A stretch of 47,323 bases of DNA from an uncultured Chlamydiae bacterium (GTDB lineage Bacteria > Chlamydiota > Chlamydiia > Chlamydiales > SM23-39), in assembly GCA_903889795.1 (NCBI GenBank), contig CAISYW010000080.1:1-47323 (forward strand), given 5' to 3'. Position 1 is the first letter of the stretch, and every line of letters begins with the position of its first letter. Positions 46,035-47,323 of the stretch are shown piece after piece. Under the pieces are notes generated by a model that worked only from the letters and a program-made list of their open reading frames with translations, searched no databases and had not been told where the DNA came from. The position numbers and the translations under genes are program-made.

Positions 46035-47170
46035 CTTGATCGGCTGTTGTTTACATCGCTTTCAGTTTTTAGCTCTTGTAATTCTTCCGTTACATCGATG
46101 CCAACCGGACACCAGGTAATGCACCGCCCGCAGCCGACACATCCTGACGTGCCAAACTGGTCCTTCCATGTTCCGAATTTATGTGTCAGCCATTGGCGAT
46201 AACGCGATTTTGCTGATTGGCGTATGCTGCCGCCATGAACATATGAATGCGACAAATTGAAACAGGAATCCCAATTTTGCCAGCGATCGACATGGCTTTT
46301 ATCTAAGCTGACCCTGTCCGTGATATCGGAGCAAAAGCAGGTCGGACAGACCATTGTGCAATTGGTGCAATTCAGACAACGCTCCGCCACATGATCCCAT
46401 CGTTTGCAATTCCAGCTTTGCAACAGCATTTTATGAACATGTTCATTATCTACTTGGCGAACCATCTCTTTTTTGTTTTTTTCGACAAGATGATGGGCTG
46501 ATTGACATTTTGTTTGATCTGCGGGCGGCAATGCCAATTGATCGCAAAGAGCTTTTCCTTTAGGAGAACCGATGTCGACGATAAAATAATGATCTTTGTC
46601 ATTGATAACTTCGGTTAAAGCTAAATCATAACCCTCTTTGACCTCAGGCCCCGTGCCCATCGACGCACAAAAACAGGTGTTTACCGCCTGAGTGCAGTGT
46701 ACGGCCACCAGGAAGAGATTTTCCCTTCGCTGCTGATATTGTTGGTAGACGGCAATCTGATGATTAAAGACTTTGTCCTGGATCAATATCGCTTGCATCT
46801 CACAAGCCCTGACTCCAATAAAAGCCATTTTCTTAATGGGGGGAGTCGTTTCTTTGAAAACGATCATTCCATTATCTTGCTTGCGTGTTGAAAACAGATG
46901 CTCGCGAGGAGGAAAGAGATGTTTTTTCCAACTGTGAGGTCCTAGATTATATCCAAAATATGCTTGATCGCTGCGCCGTTTAAGACGGTAGCGCCCGGGG
47001 TCTTGTTCATCTACCCAGCCGATGGGCAAATCTTGAGCGGATTGAATCTCATCACAGATGATGACTTCATTTCGAATGGTTGGCCCTAAGAGCTTATAAC
47101 CATCGTTTTGAATCAAATTGAGTAGTTGTTGGAATTGATTGGTAGTACAGAGTAATTTTGTTTTAGCCAC
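46031..47170 (-). CDS. Hydrogenase beta subunit: 4Fe-4S dicluster protein (AsrA/HydB-like)
   Basis: Ferredoxin motifs [14 protein letters not shown] and [12 protein letters not shown]. Size is 379 aa. It is the first gene of the beta-gamma-delta-alpha order. GTG start. Confidence 0.85.
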
Positions 47171-47323
47171 ACGCTGCTCTGATAAAAATGAACGTCACAA
47201 AGAGCCGCAAAAGCGGCTTGTTGCGCAGTGTGCCACCTATATTTTTTTTTTAAAATAAAAAGTTATTTCGACGTTATTTTGTAATGTATTAACCCGCTGG
47301 CCAAATATGAGACAAATAGCTTG

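Noticed and set aside
47221-47235. Sigma-54-like TGGCAC element (minus strand) ~50 nt upstream of the hydrogenase operon start
   Set aside because: TGGCAC is followed by actgc-GCAA rather than N5-TTGC, and the GC dinucleotide is 2 nt too close to the GG. It does not fit the GG-N10-GC spacing. It could still be checked with a position weight matrix (PWM) scan or RpoN ChIP, but I do not call it.

Overview
This 47.3-kb chromosomal window has housekeeping content and gene order that match what I recall for Chlamydiae. The core blocks are tilS?-ftsH (long-form FtsH, 919 aa) ... pnp-rpsO-tadA, and rpmE-prfA-prmC-ffh-rpsP-trmD-rplS-rnhB ... yicC-gmk-rpoZ-like-metG-recD2. The taxonomic assignment is an inference from synteny and protein style; I could not run any search. 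Several visibly AT-richer accessory segments interrupt the core. They encode eukaryote-like or effector-like proteins: an alpha/beta-hydrolase-LRR fusion, a membrane-anchored hydrolase paralog, an ATAD3-like AAA+ ATPase, a proline-rich repeat protein, and a decayed P-type ATPase relic. The last ~13 kb is a metabolic island. On the + strand it carries dps, an unknown 264-aa gene and catabolic acetolactate synthase. These converge on a tightly overlapping 11-gene minus-strand operon for a four-subunit (beta-gamma-delta-alpha) group-3b-like [NiFe] hydrogenase. That operon also carries the hydrogenase endopeptidase, a Cys-less HypA, HypF/C/D/E and a short NiCoT-type nickel permease, but no hypB. 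Other notable items are a compact archaeal-type AspRS fused to a YbaK-like editing domain, and a ychJ gene whose SEC-C motif can only be translated from an ATC start. There are also two long imperfect hairpin elements in intergenic DNA. I recognised no rRNA, tRNA, CRISPR array, transposase or integrase.
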